64,000 nt of DNA from Microthyrium microscopicum (lineage: Eukaryota): positions 1,189,345 through 1,253,344 of the forward strand of contig MU004237.1 in NCBI GenBank assembly GCA_010405405.1. Reading direction: 5' to 3'. The position numbers and the translations under genes were made by a program. The notes under the pieces were generated by a model. It searched no databases. It worked only from the letters and a program-made list of their open reading frames with translations, and was not told the DNA's origin. Position 1 is the first letter of the stretch, and every line of letters begins with the position of its first letter. This document shows positions 36,129 through 49,639 of this stretch, piece after piece.

Positions 36129-39100
36129 ATGGCCACTCGACAAACTTCCTTTTTTGACCAGAAGAAGCCAAAACGACCCTGGGTAAGAACAACCCGCTGC
36201 CTGTGTCCCCACACTCATCCAGATCTAATCACCAAACCAGAACCATCACTTTGCACCATCTCGAAGCGGCAATGATCAATTAGGATCACACCCCAATCCG
36301 CCTCTCCAAGCGAAGCCGAAGCCTCCAATTCCTCCCTCCGAGTCTACAATGAAAAAGCTAAAAGCATTTCAATTCATAGAAGGAGCTCCCACACTTCGAC
36401 CGTCAGACAACAAGGAGAACGCGGAGCCATCAGAAAACAATTCTCAGAAAAGCGTCCAACCACGATCGATACCGGATCCTGGGCCTTCTCGCTCCCAAGA
36501 CGAGCTCCAACCCAACTCCAGGGACAACTCCAGGAGAACACCCTCCACTCCTATCACGGTTGCGAGACTGCCTTTGTCACACTTGGTTGGTAATAACACC
36601 ACGCGACCTATTCCTCAAGGCCTTTCGCCTCAACATTCACAAGAACCCGTATCGTGGAAGAATCCAAGCCCCAAAGAACGAACTGCATCACAACGGAAAG
36701 AAACCCCCGGAAAGACTCCTCGTCGGTCGAGAAAACGTCCCCGGAGCTCATCACCGCCTGGTAGCACTTCAGCCCCTCGTTTCAAAACACCAATCCAAGA
36801 CCCAGCTGCTGAAGTATGGTCGAGATTTCGAGGAGACATAAAAGAGTCTGAGCTTCGGGCTAGCCAAAATGGCATTGAGGCTTTGATCATCGCATCCTCG
36901 CCGCACTCATCAGATACAGCTGGCAGCGTTGGGGGTTTAAGACGTTACAACAGCTGTGGCGTGCAGTTCCCAACTTCGCGGAAGAAGCGGAAAACGCGGC
37001 ATGTTACTGGCTTGAACCATTCCACAATCGCCGAAGAAATACCTGAAAATCCGGCAAGGCCAGCGCGAGTCTCTAAGATCACCCGGCTATTGGAACATGC
37101 AGATCGGATGAGAGAAGTCAAGAAGCAGGGCCCCTCAAGCTCATCTCCTTTACCAGAAACCAAGCAACATGATGACGACGATGGTGATTCACCATTAAAA
37201 AATAGAAGCTCCGCGCATCCTGTGGAACAAGAAGACAAATTGGAGGGAATCACGGAGTCTCAAATGTATCTACCTGCGGAGTTCAGGATGACTGAGTCTC
37301 AATTGGCGAAGCTTCATGGGATGACTAAGTCCCAACTGCAAGAAACGCGGGAAGTCAACAACGAACTTTTGAGGGGGTTTCTGGAGGACCTGGATGAACA
37401 GGATGAACAATTAGCGCAACAACGTGAACAGCGGTCCCTGCGGGAACAAATGGCCCAGCGGGATCAACATGCCCAGGAACTGGACGATCATGAGTTTTCT
37501 GACATGGACTTCGATGACGACGATCTGGACTTTCTTGATGAAATACCTGCCCAGCCATCTATGACACCCAAAGCTCCACCAGCCGCAATGCCGGTGTCAT
37601 ACGAGAAGGACGAAATCTCAAATCCACCACCCAAACAAGCTCCTGATGCTGCACGTGAGGAGTTTGATGACGAAAATTACTCGGATGACGATTGGGATCA
37701 AATAGCAGCTTCGATAGTATTGCCAGCGGATCGCTTGGAAGGAACTGAAGAGCAGCCGACAGTGGTAGAGCGGTCTGCTGGTGGTATAAACCAGCCGGGT
37801 TCAGCAAAGGCAAAGGAGCCGTCGTCGGATGAGTATGGCGATGATGAGCTTACGTGGGATGATTTTGCAGCTGCTGAAGCTAGAGCTACACAACATGTAT
37901 GTTCCCACGAAATCTAAATGAGTATGAAGTTTACTGACTGCTGGGAGAGTGGACCGCGTAACTTGGCAATACAACGTTATCGTGTATTGTCTGTCGAGGA
38001 TAACAAATATATAGACGAGTACCAAAGAGATCAACTCGAAAAAGTATACAACCGCCAATTCCTGCATTTCTCTCATTTGCTAAAATAATCCTAGGTGATT
38101 ATCGTCCAACAAGACAAAGCATCATCAACGCAATTCACTGTAGTTCTCCGCGAGGCATGGTACAATACGCAATGCACGCCAGACTCGTATGTTCATGTTT
38201 TTGGCCGATTCGACTCCAACAAACGCTGTATCATCAACAACGCAGAAAACATTTTGGTCATACATCCGGATCACTTGGTCTCTGCAACTGTCGTCGCCGA
38301 TTCGTTTGGCTGCGTTCGTAGGGCGGTTCTGCAGGACCGCGTTAAGGCAACTGGTGCTGCAAGCCCACCCATGCTTTTCGGGAACCTATTGCATGAGATA
38401 TTTCAGGAAGCCTTGAAGCGTAATCGTTGGGATATCAATACTACAACCTCCATACTGCAAGACATCGTGCCCCGTCACTTCGAGACGCTCGCTGAGCTCA
38501 ACATGAATATGAATCAGCTCAAGGAACAGTTAATACCCAAAATGCTGGAGATGGAAGCTTGGGCAGCAATCTTTGTCCAGAAAAATCCTGCCCGAGACGC
38601 AGTCGTTGAGTCTCGGGGCGGTCGAAAGAATATCATGAGTATCAACAAGCTACTGGATGTCGAGGAGCACGTCTGGTCTCCTAATTACGGGCTCAAAGGA
38701 AACATCGATGCCACTGTGCAGGTGACAATGGATGAAGACGGCCAACGAAAGACCCTCACAGTTCCCTTGGAGCTCAAAACTGGCAAGCGGGTCAACGAGG
38801 CTCACCAGGCACAGACAGCACTATACACTTTGCTCATCTCTGACCGCTATGATCTTGACGTTACCGATGGAGTGCTGTACTACCTCGAGGGCTCCAAAAC
38901 TCTCCGGGTCAAGGCCATACGTCATGAGCTAATCCATATGATAATGAAGCGAAATGAGCTTGCAGGTTATATTCGAGAACGAATAACACTACCACCGATG
39001 CTACAACCTGGACAACAGCGGTTGTGTAATGGATGTTACGCGCAAACCTCTTGCTACCTGTACCATACATTGTCAGAAGATGGAGACGGGTCTCTCATTG

Positions 39101-41385
39101 ACAAGAAAGAACCATTCGAGAAATTAGTGTCTGATCTCAAACCCAGCCACTCCAAGTTTTTCAAGAACTGGGACTCTCTGATCACAAAAGAAGAAAGCGA
39201 GATGATGAAATTTCGTCGAGAGCTTTGGACAATGCTTTCGCTTGAGCGAGAGAAAGTCAACCGATGCTTCACTAATGTGGTTATCGTGCCCGATACTACT
39301 GTTGATGACAAACAATCAAACTCAAAAATCAACCGATACCAATATGCATTCGAGAAAAAGACTTTCAAAGCAGGATTTAGCTTCAGGGAGAGTCAAATCA
39401 CTACTGGGGAACCGATTGTAGTGTCTGATGAGCAAGGTCACTTTGCACTTGCCAACGGCTACGTAACGAATGTTTCCAAACACCGCATTCATATCGCTGT
39501 GGATCGACGTTTGCATAACGCCCGGAGACGCAAATCTGGCTTTTGTTCACAAAACAATCAGACATTTAGTGGTATCATGGAAGTGGAGCCCCAATCATCT
39601 ACACTTAAAGAGAATCCACTTGAAGAACCTATTCTCTATCGTATTGATAAAGATGAATTCAGCAACGGCATGGCTGCTGTTCGGAACAACATCCTTCAAA
39701 TTATGGATGACTCTGTCTTCAAAGCTCGAGATCTGCGCTCTATCATCATTGAGCACCAAGAACCAGAGTTCAAGACAGCACCAAGTGGCTGGGCCCTGTC
39801 AACGCAATCATGGGAATCCGAGATGAACTCTGATCAAAAAGCTGCTATTGAAAAAGTGATGGCAACTCAGGACTATGCATTGGTGCTGGGCATGCCTGGA
39901 ACCGGCAAAACCACAACTATCGCCCAAATCATTCGATGCTTGGTCGCTCAAGGCAAGACTGTCTTACTGACTTCATACACACACTCCGCTGTCGACAACA
40001 TTCTCATGAAAATCCGTCACTCCAACATCGATGTCCTTAGACTTGGGGTGGTAGCGAAAATCCATCCAGAGGTTAGAGAATGGGCCAATCTTGCATCTGA
40101 GCCGAAGGAGTCTCTCGAAGAGCTGCATGATTTGTGGCAGAAATCTCCTGTCGTTGCTACAACTTGCCTAAGCATTGGACATCCGCTCTTTTCGCAACGC
40201 ACTTTCGACTACTGTATTGTTGACGAAGCCTCTCAGATTACGTTACCAGTCTGCTTGGGCCCTATACGCATGGCCAAGTCATTCATTCTAGTTGGCGATC
40301 ACTTCCAACTTCCACCAATTGTTCAAAACAAGGAGGCATTGGAGGGCGGGCTTGACATGTCACTGTTCCGTCTTCTCTCCGAACAGCATCCTCAAGCAGT
40401 GGTCAACCTGGAGCACCAGTATCGTATGTGCTCAGACATCATGTCTGTAGCCAACCGTCTCATATACAGCGGTCGTCTAAAATGTGGCAACGAGCGTGTA
40501 GCAAATCGCAAGCTCATCCTCCCCAACGCCGACGAGGCCCTCTCCCATCTATACACATCCTCCACCAAACTCTGCTCCTCTCCATCAACCTGTTGGCTTG
40601 CCCCCATCCTAGCTCCTCAAAACCGCGTCCTCTTCCTCAACACCGACACACTCGGAGTCACCGCAGCCGAAGTCGCCCAAGGCAATCGCACCACCAACCC
40701 CCTCGAAGCCACATTAACAACACATCTCTGCACCCTACTTATCGCCGCTGGCCTTCCATCTTCCGACCTAGGTGCCATAACCTTCTACCGCTCCCAACTC
40801 GCCCTACTCCGCCAACACCTGCGTGCCTATCCTTCCCTTGAGCTGCACACTGCCGACAAGTTCCAAGGTCGCGACAAGGAAGTTGTTGTTGTCTCATTCG
40901 TGCGCAATAACGCTGATGGCAACGTCGGTGATCTCCTACAAGATTGGCGCCGGATCAACGTCGCCGTGACACGCGCTCGCAGCAAACTTATCCTCATTGG
41001 CAGTCTCAAGACGCTCGCTGGTGGATCCACTGTGCTGCGCGGGCTGGTCGACATGTGCACCGAGAATGGTTGGGTGGTTGACCTGCCCGCTGGCGCTGCT
41101 GAGATGCATCCATCGACGGACATGGCGACGACACAGCTCAGTGCAAGTAGATCGCCGCGGCCAACAAAGGGCAAGACTGCGGTGAAGAGTCCTCTGGCAT
41201 CACAGCGACGACCGCTAGGCGAGATTAGTGCTAATAGACTGACTTCCCCACGCAGTAGCGCGGGTGTCAAGAAGCCGGTCAAGGTGGGCAGTATTTCACA
41301 ACGCCTCCTAGGATCAAAGCCTTTGATGAGAGACATTATGAATGAAGTTTTGCCTGCAGGTTGGGATAGTGGTTCACATGTTTGA
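36129..41385 (+). CDS. DNA2: Dna2 ATP-dependent helicase/nuclease
   Basis: Exons 36129-36182, 36241-37897, 37948-38043 and 38095-41385. Nuclease motifs CVRRAVL, EEHVWSPNYGLKGNIDATV, ELKTGK and Fe-S cysteines; SF1 motifs GMPGTGKT, DEASQ, GDHFQLPP, QYRM, TADKFQGRDKE. Confidence 0.96.
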
Positions 41386-41468
41386 TTACGCGCTGATATT
41401 GCATCGTTGGATAAGCAGAAGAATGATACCCCTTGATAGCTAAAGCATCCTACATTTTTGGAATGAAA

Positions 41469-43339
41469 TCATGAATTCACAACTGGCTGCACTTCCTTGA
41501 ACCGGACCATCAGTGGCTTCTTTTCCCACAGTGTATAAACGCTTTGCTCTAGCCAGTCGTCTTTCGCAGCTTCTTCAGTCAAATCAAAGTCGAAAGCGTA
41601 GATGATGTGAGCCAAAGCCAGCTTCATCTCCGCATATGCCAAACTAACACCTCATTAGTCACTAGTGCCATCACAAAATGGAGTGCTTACTTTTTCCCTA
41701 TACAATTTCTTGGGCCTGTCGAGAACGGTTGTACAACACCACGTTTGTCATTGACAAATCGAGAATCATCAGCAGCTGAGGCCATCCAGCGCTCTGGCAG
41801 GAAAGCTTCTGGCTGGTAAAAGTTCCGAGCAGAATGATTGCTTGCAAATTGCGGGACGCCAACATTAAACTGTAGCAAGATCAGCATCTGTCCAATCAAT
41901 TGGAGGTATATAGACTTACACCACCCGGAACCCACTGGCCCGCAATAGTAGCTCCTTCAGGGGGTGTAGTCCTGGCCAGCGCAACAGGCACAGGCGGATA
42001 TATCCTCAAAACCTCTTCAAGCACGGCAAACAAATACGGCAGTCCGTTGACAACTGCCATCGTCAACTCACTCGCCTCCTTCGCAGCACCTCTAATCTCC
42101 TTCTGCAACTTCTCCATCGCCTCTGGATTCTGCGCCAGCAAATACACTGCGCCAGCCAATGCCGTTGCCGTCGTCTCACTGCCCGCCACCATAATTATAT
42201 TGAACGTAGCATCCACCTCCGCGCGCGTCATATGCATCTTATCCGCATCAATCTTGTCCATGGATTCCAATACTTTGGCCATAAAATCAACTTTCTCACT
42301 GCCCTCCTCGATGCGCCGATCGATTCGCTCTTGCGCGTATGCAAACATTTGCGCAGCCCCTTGGCGCAATGGACCGACGAGAATTAGAACGAAGGGGAGT
42401 AGGAGGCGGAAGTTAAGGAGCTGTGTTCCGATAGACGCGGTGCGAATGGACCGGAAGAACGTTGTCATCCAAGGATGTGCAGTCTCATTGGCGAGCGCGT
42501 CAAAGGGTGCACTGAAGGCGAGTTCGCCGATGAGATCGAAGGTGAGATAGTTGAGGTAGGCAGTCGCGTCGATGGGCCGATGGGCTTTAGCGGCGGCGCT
42601 GAGTTTGGTGATTAGAAGGGCGACGTAGGACTGCAGGAGCGGTTCTTGATCTCGTAGCTGGAGATTTGTTAATATGGATTTGATGGCGTATATTTAGTGG
42701 TCAACCGAACGGCAGAATATATGGCACAAATTCATCAACGTCAATGGCTACTAACGCACCTTTCAAATAGAAGATGCTATTAGTCCCTAGAGTTTGTGAT
42801 GCAAGTGCGCCTTTTCTTCTGCCATCCCGTTGGTGGTTCTAAGGATGGGATTGGTAGACTTACGTATTTCTCACTGAAGGCATGGGAGAGAACTCGTCGT
42901 TGGCGGGCGTGTACATCATCAGGAGCGAGGATAACGCTATATGTCCCATTGTTTTTTCTTGCTGGTCGAGACTTTTGTAGCTGCTTAGGAGGATTTCCCT
43001 GCTTCAGGGTGTAGATGTCTCTCCAAGCGTCTTCGTCGGTGAAACTCAACGTGTGGGGCCCGGTTCGTACGATGGGTCCATATCTCTCATGCAGATCATA
43101 AGAATAGATATGGCGGAGACCTCTAATGGCGATGGCAGACTGATATACAGATGATGCTGCAGCAATCTTTGGACCTGGGAACTTGGAGAGAGGATGAAAA
43201 TACATACTCTTTATCCAGCTGTACATGCTATGAACCATGTACTGTTATTGCAAGTTAGTGCTAGGGAAAACAATCACTCCTGAAGAGGACTTGCCACAGT
43301 GATAATTGCGAGGATAAATTTGATGGTCAGTGGACTCAT
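41469..43339 (-). CDS. Cytochrome P450 monooxygenase
   Basis: Exons 43339-43295 (GC donor), 43241-42864, 42657-41920, 41869-41691 and 41643-41469. FHPLSKFPGPK, AGSETT, EVLR, PERW and heme motif FSTGPRNCIG. Confidence 0.93.
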
Positions 43340-44351
43340 ATGTGGATACATTTTCACGATACCATACACACCAGCCTACTTGATTGTTAGAACCGCCTTG
43401 GGCATCACGTTCAAGTAGCTCAACTGACCGCAACTGCTACTGTGGCTGAGCTCAGTACGAGTTTTGCTCCTGGAAACGTCCTAGTTGGTTGATAAAAGGC
43501 ATTGTATACTGTTAAGCACACAGGGGCCAAAGCAGCCTGACATACATATTAGTTTGTAGTGTTCGAGGCAGCTGGCAGCCACTTACTAAAGCAACGGATA
43601 GCACTACAGTCCCAGCTCGTAATCCATCTATTACTTCCATCGTTTCTATTCTGAAATCCTCTACAATAAGGTTGGTCTTGAAACGAAGCCTTATTTGTGG
43701 AAAGGGCTAGTCGAGGCGCAGTGAGTGTAGGATTGCTTGCTCGACAATGCAGCCTTCGTATAGGCAATGGTGGAGGGGCTGAAGATAGGATAACAATTGT
43801 GCCAGTAAACTCGAATGAGATGATTTCTATACTGAACGGCGTTGGGAGTGATGTATGAATATAAACCTCAGACCCCAGTATTCAACGGGTCGGGATTCGG
43901 ATTCGCTCAATTCCGAATGCCTTCACTGTGAGACAATGCGGGAAAGATGGGTTCATTTTGTGCAATGAAAGTGTACAAGACGAAAGACACACCCTATTTG
44001 TATTCCAAGCTGAATTTATCTACTAACAAGAGCATGGAGTATCTGTATTCGTATAACCATCGTATTCCTGACTGGGAGCGGAGCAATCAAAAGGCGTGAA
44101 GTTGAGAAGCCAGCGGCAACTTCCGCGATTTGACGACACCCGCTAAACAACATGGCCCCCACGAACTGACAACTGTGGCCCCAATATCATGATCTACTCT
44201 TTTGAGTTCCACCAACTTGCTAGTGACCACACACCTTGTTACACGTCTGAAGTTGTTGCACGCGACTTCGAACATCATAACTTAGAGTCTTCCATGGTCA
44301 TACAATAATCGAGCTTACTTGGCGCGACAAAGTTCCTCGAACGCTGCGAAG

Positions 44352-45184
44352 ATGGGCGTAGAAGAGCAGAAAGAAGAACGTGAGGTTCTGGACTCCATAT
44401 TTCCAGAAGAAATAATAGGTATTAGGCAATGACAATTACTTTTGCAAAATGTAGCTAAGACCCTTTCTCATTAGATATATCCGAAACCGAATTCCGAATA
44501 TCCATAATTCTCGATATAGACCCCGAAGACAATGGCGGCGCAGACGAACCTCGTATGTCATAACCAGTATACGACACTCGTGCTCAAAATTCAAACCACT
44601 AACCGCCCGTTCTCTATACAGCCGCCTTCCTTTTTGGAGTGAAATACACCGAGAACTATCCTGATGAAGCCCCCGATCTAGAACTCCTCCCCTCCTCTAC
44701 AAGTCCCGCAAAACACCCCTTCTTCGACCTCTACGAGGACCGCACACGACTGCTTCGCGAGCTCACAGATACCATAAACGAGAATCTTGGTATAGCTATG
44801 GTGTTCACCTTGGTCATGGTGCTCCGAGACGTAGCCGAAACGCTTGTCCGCGATCGCGCGAACGAGCAACGCGCTATAAAGGAAGCGGAAAGAGCGAAGA
44901 TAGAAGAAGCAGAGAATGCAAAATTCCACGGCACAGTAGTAACAAAGGAGCGCTTCATAAAATGGCGGGAAAGCTACACAAAAGAGCTGGCCGAAGAAGC
45001 GACGCGCAAAGCGGAGGAGTTGATCGCAGATGACAAGAAAAAGCGTATCGGTGTCAAAGAGATCACAACGGGAAAACAGCTCTGGGAGCGAGGATTAGCA
45101 CAGGTAGGGAAAGGAGAGGAAGACGAGGACGATGAGGGCATGGATGCTTTAGAGGGCGTGGAGAAGATGAAAATCGAAGCTTGA
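44352..45184 (+). CDS. GIR2: RWD-domain protein Gir2/RWDD1 (DFRP2)
   Basis: Three exons. EEQKEEREVLDSIFPEE, YPDEAP RWD motif, ENLGIAMVFTLV, KFHGTVVTKERFIKWRE, TGKQLWERG. Confidence 0.88.
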
Positions 45185-45225
45185 TCTTTGATTATCATTG
45201 CATTCGTTGGGCTACGGAAATGACA

Positions 45226-45879
45226 TCAAGGGCTGGTGTTGGCTCCGTTTTCCTCATTCCACCATTCTATGAAGGTCTTGACGCGCTCTGTTCGCGCTCG
45301 TGCCATTGAGGCGCCGGTGGGAGTTTTCATCATGCTTTCGAGCTTCACAAGTTTCTCATGAAAATGGACTATCCCTTCGTCCAATGGTCCGCGTCCAGCA
45401 GCGGTTGTGTAGCCGAAGCATCTGGCTATTCCCACTGCTCCAATGGCATCCAGACGATCTGCATCTTGGACAATGGCAAGTTCTGGGTGCTCTTTGATGC
45501 GCTGTAGGACTATGCTCGGATCTTTGATTTCGCTACTATAAGAGACGTGATTGATGACAGTTTGAACATCCTGAGCGAGCTTTTCATCGGCTCCAAATCC
45601 AATGAGAACGTTTCTGACCATTGCGCTGGGATCTTCTCCTGGCTTTAGGTATTTTTTGTCGCCAACATCATGTAACAAGCTCGCCAGTGCTATGATAAGA
45701 TGATTGAACAGGAGACTTGGATTTCGCTTTTGTTCTTCTGCTTCAATTTTATAAGCTAGTTCCACCACTCGCTCCACATGTCTGTAGTCATGGGACGCAT
45801 CGTACTTTGACATGTACTCTTTGGCGAAGGTTTTGGCTTTGTCGAGCAAGTCGATTGCTTCGTCTAGCTCGGAGCTCAT
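45226..45879 (-). CDS. HD-domain metal-dependent phosphohydrolase (YedJ/YpgQ-like), intronless
   Basis: SHDYRHVERV, LLHDVGDKKY, VQDADRLDAIGAVGIAR and HFHEKL motifs. Confidence 0.88.
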   Translation of the reverse strand: MSSELDEAIDLLDKAKTFAKEYMSKYDASHDYRHVERVVELAYKIEAEEQKRNPSLLFNHLIIALASLLHDVGDKKYLKPGEDPSAMVRNVLIGFGADEKLAQDVQTVINHVSYSSEIKDPSIVLQRIKEHPELAIVQDADRLDAIGAVGIARCFGYTTAAGRGPLDEGIVHFHEKLVKLESMMKTPTGASMARARTERVKTFIEWWNEENGANTSP

Positions 45880-46419
45880 GGTTGCCTCGATTCAACATCA
45901 ACCCGACCGAATTGTGTTTGTTTTGTCTGAGTATGATTAGATTAGTAGTTCTCGACAGTTTATACAATGGTACACACTCAAAAGCGAGTTAAGCTTTGAA
46001 TCAATAGTGTTTACTGGGCTTCAAGGACAAGGTTGTAAGGAGTTGGAAGGAATGTCGGTGTACTAGAAGGGCAGGTCGGCCCGGACTGGTACCTTTCTTT
46101 GAGTCACCGATGGTGGAGCTCCCAGCCTAGCAGCAACAGCTTACTCTAGGACAAGTACATAGTAGTACATGGAACTTGTTCTACTATTGCAACCTCACTC
46201 TGTCAATCGCTAATAAATGAAGTACTATTGTGCTATACAGAGCGCCACCTCAATTCCGTACGGACTCGAAATTCTAGTCAGGGACTCAGGGGTTGAGCAT
46301 TTTCAAATCTGACTCTCTGAGACCGGTAGATAGCACGACTGAGGTCATATAAGAAGATCCCGGCGGCCGCATCTTTCTGTGCTTCTTCAAGCCTTTCTCA
46401 TTCATTGAGTGTTGTGAAA

Positions 46420-48242
46420 ATGTCGGACATGCCGGACCCGCCGATACTTGAAGATGATGCTGCGTGGCATAAAAAGGAAGGACTACTATGGCCGGATGAT
46501 TCCCTTGTTCAGCAACACTTCACTGACCGTGAAGCCTTGATCGCGAAAGAAAAATCACAACGAAGTGGTGTGTATGAAGCTTTCATGATAGAAGCTTGCA
46601 CTGACGAAGATTTCAGATAGAGTTTTCCGAGAAAACATGTCGGAGACCGCTCGAAATGCTGCAGTTATCGTGGAAAACATTCGCAAGGAAGAGATGACAA
46701 CACTCTGGACGAACGATTTCGAAGAAAGCTTAGCAAAGACGAATATCGACGTGTATCCAGGAATGATGTTTAGCCTTGCTCGGGAGCGGATGGAATCCAG
46801 CAAACTATTCAAGATTGTTCGAAAGATGCCCAAGGGCGCATTGTTGCATTGCCACTTTGAAGCCATGGTAGAGTTCAGATATATCTTAGAAGACGCATTC
46901 GAAATGCCAGGCCTATATTTCAAGTCTCCCGAGCCTCTAAACTCCACCGAAGCTCTTGGAGGTGCCAATGTCGAGTTTGAACGGTTGACAGAATCCCCTG
47001 CACACACCTCCGCTTCAATCTGGTCCAGTGAATATACGCCAGGAGCAGTAAGCCCTCTCAACCAGGTAGCCGATTCGTTTCCAGACGGTGGAAGAGCTGG
47101 ATTTGTTGCTTGGATGGCTACCCGGACTGCAATTACCCCGTCAGAAAGCCTCAGACACCACGATGGACCAGGAGCAATCTGGAAGAAGTTTGGGAGTGCC
47201 TTCATGATCATTAGGACAATCATTTATCATCCACCCATTCTGCGCCGGTATGTTCGGCGCTTGTGTCAACAATTACACGACGATGGCGTCGAATATGCCG
47301 ATGTCCGTGGCGTCTTCACTGATCCCCAGAAAACGCTAGCGGAGCAGCCTTCGGTTGAGATTGTAAATATCTTCGCTGAAGAGGTCGAAGCTTTCAAGAA
47401 TTCCGCGGAAGGCAAAGGTTTCTGGGGCATGAGAATAATTTGGACTTGGGTTAGAGTGTTTAGTAAAAGAAGCATTCTTGAGGGTAAGTGACCTAATTGT
47501 TGTTGACATGCAACTTCTGACCATTGATTCGATGATTGTAGGGATGAAAGCTTGTATCAAGGTCAAAAAAGCGCGCCCAGATCTAATCGCTGGATTTGAT
47601 TTTGTTGGGCAAGAAGACATTGGCAGGCCACTCAAAGATCTCATCCCTGAGATCATCTGGTTCGAAGAGCAATGCAAAAAAGAGCACTTGAACATACCAT
47701 TCTTCTTCCACGCGGGAGAGACACTCGGCACCGGCGACGACACGGATGAAAACTTGTTTGATGCTATTATGCTCGGCACACGCAGAATCGGCCATGGATT
47801 CAGCCTCTTCAAGCATCCTCTGCTCATTGACATGGTGAAAGAAAGATCGATTCTTATTGAAAGCTGCCCTGTCAGCAACGAAGTTCTGCGATACACCAGC
47901 AGTATCCGAAGCCATCCATTACCAGCTCTCCTCGCGCGTGGTGTCCCATGTGCGCTGGCAAATGACGACCCAGCAATCTTGTTTGAGGGCAAAGCTGGAA
48001 TGTCTCATGATTTTTGGCAAGCACTACAAGGATGGGACAATTTGGGATTTGCTGGTCTGGGCTCGCTTGCTGAGAACAGCGTTCGATGGGCGACACTGGA
48101 AGATTACACCAGAGAGGAGTGGCTCAAGAGTGTCAACGATGGTGCCCAAGACAAAGGGATACGTGGAAAGCGCCTGAGGCAATGGCATGAATCGTGGGAG
48201 CAGTACTGTCAGTGGGTGGTCAGTGAGTTTGGCACCAAGTGA
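46420..48242 (+). CDS. Adenosine deaminase, ADGF/ADA2 (CECR1) type
   Basis: Exons 46420-46567, 46617-47483 and 47542-48242. MPKGALLHCH, GFDFVGQED, FFHAGET, RRIGHG, ESCPVSNEVL, NDDP. Confidence 0.92.
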
Positions 48243-48565
48243 GTGTCAGGCGCGAATTGCGAAGCCTAGGAAGAGGCGTATTTTCAACAAGGAACCTTCA
48301 ACATAGGTGCCTTCAACAAACATACTCTCAACAGAGGTACTTTTATCATATAATTTAGCGCCTGGAACTTAGTTTGTGGGCAAATTCAACACCACAATAC
48401 CATTTGGCCCACAAGTGTTTGCCAAGTCATGTAGACCTAATTACGAATCAACCAGAAGAGGTCATTTTGTATCACGATCCTCTCATATATAAGAGAGAAG
48501 TCAAGCGAACCTTTCTCAAGTACTTTGGTGTATCATATTTCGAAAATAATAGTAGGACTAGTATT

Positions 48566-49226
48566 ATGTCTTCAACTTCTCCAACACACCAAGCAACAAA
48601 ACCTGATGTGGAGATGATCAAGGACGTCAGACGCGCATACCAGCGTTATGATGATCGACTGAAAGAGTGCAGTGACCAGACGAAAGATCTAGACGCCAAG
48701 CTGGCGCCTCTACGTTCATCGATAGCAGAAATTCGAACTCAAAAGCAATCCACTGAGAACTTTTCAGAAACAGTGAAAAGAGATGATGATGACACTGCGA
48801 AGTATCAAAACACTGTTTGCCAGATCTTGAAAAGCTGCTAAAACATCATAGGATGAAATATTTGCGATTGATGGTAGAAATGACAGAGCAAATCGGTCTT
48901 CATGCTGTGAACGCTGCGGAAGAAGCCCTTGTTGAACGGAAGGATATAATTTGCAGATTAGAGAGCACACGGCAATTACTGGAGGACGATTCGGAGTTTG
49001 GTCGTCTTAAGAAAGACTGGATTCCTGGTCATTATGTGCAGCTTATGTTGAAAATTATGCAAGATTCTAGCTCGAATGTTCGACAGTGGATGCGCAACTA
49101 CCACCAGTATGTTGAGCTCTCGACATATTGCGAGAGAAGCATGGACAAGGCTAGCCACTAACCATCGATAGAGCTAAGCAGTATGTAGATGACTACGCCG
49201 CTACAGTGACGGGCCTCGAGGAGTAG
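48566..49226 (+). CDS. Orphan coiled-coil protein, tandem paralog A
   Basis: Exons 48566-48801, 48852-49106 and 49172-49226 join in frame; sequence and intron positions are shared with the neighbouring copy. Confidence 0.6.
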
Positions 49227-49639
49227 CCGTCATACAACTATAGGGGAACGTTCAAGTCGTTTGAGGCAAACGCATACCTGATGTATGAACTTCATAACAT
49301 AGATGTTTGACATGTAATCGTTTTAAATCCAATATTCTTCTTCTTCCAAGATCTTCCCGAGCTCGCAAAGCTGTCACTCCAATTACCACAGCCTCACGGC
49401 CTCAGGTGATTTTAGCATACAATTGGGCGTCTTTCTTTATGAATTGGCGGGTTATTCAACACTGTCGTGTTAGTTTTGAAAAGAATTGTTTGCTATTAAC
49501 ATGCAGACAGATCGTATATAGGCCAAAAATAATCATGCCAATACAACCATATATTCCCTTGAGTGGAAATTGACTACATTGTCCTCGATAATCCCGGCTG
49601 CTCATAAGTCCAAATCATTAACAGCAAGAACCAGAAACC

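Noticed and set aside
41469..43339. P450 as part of a secondary-metabolite cluster
   Set aside because: Neighbours are housekeeping genes; no PKS, NRPS or terpene cyclase in the window.
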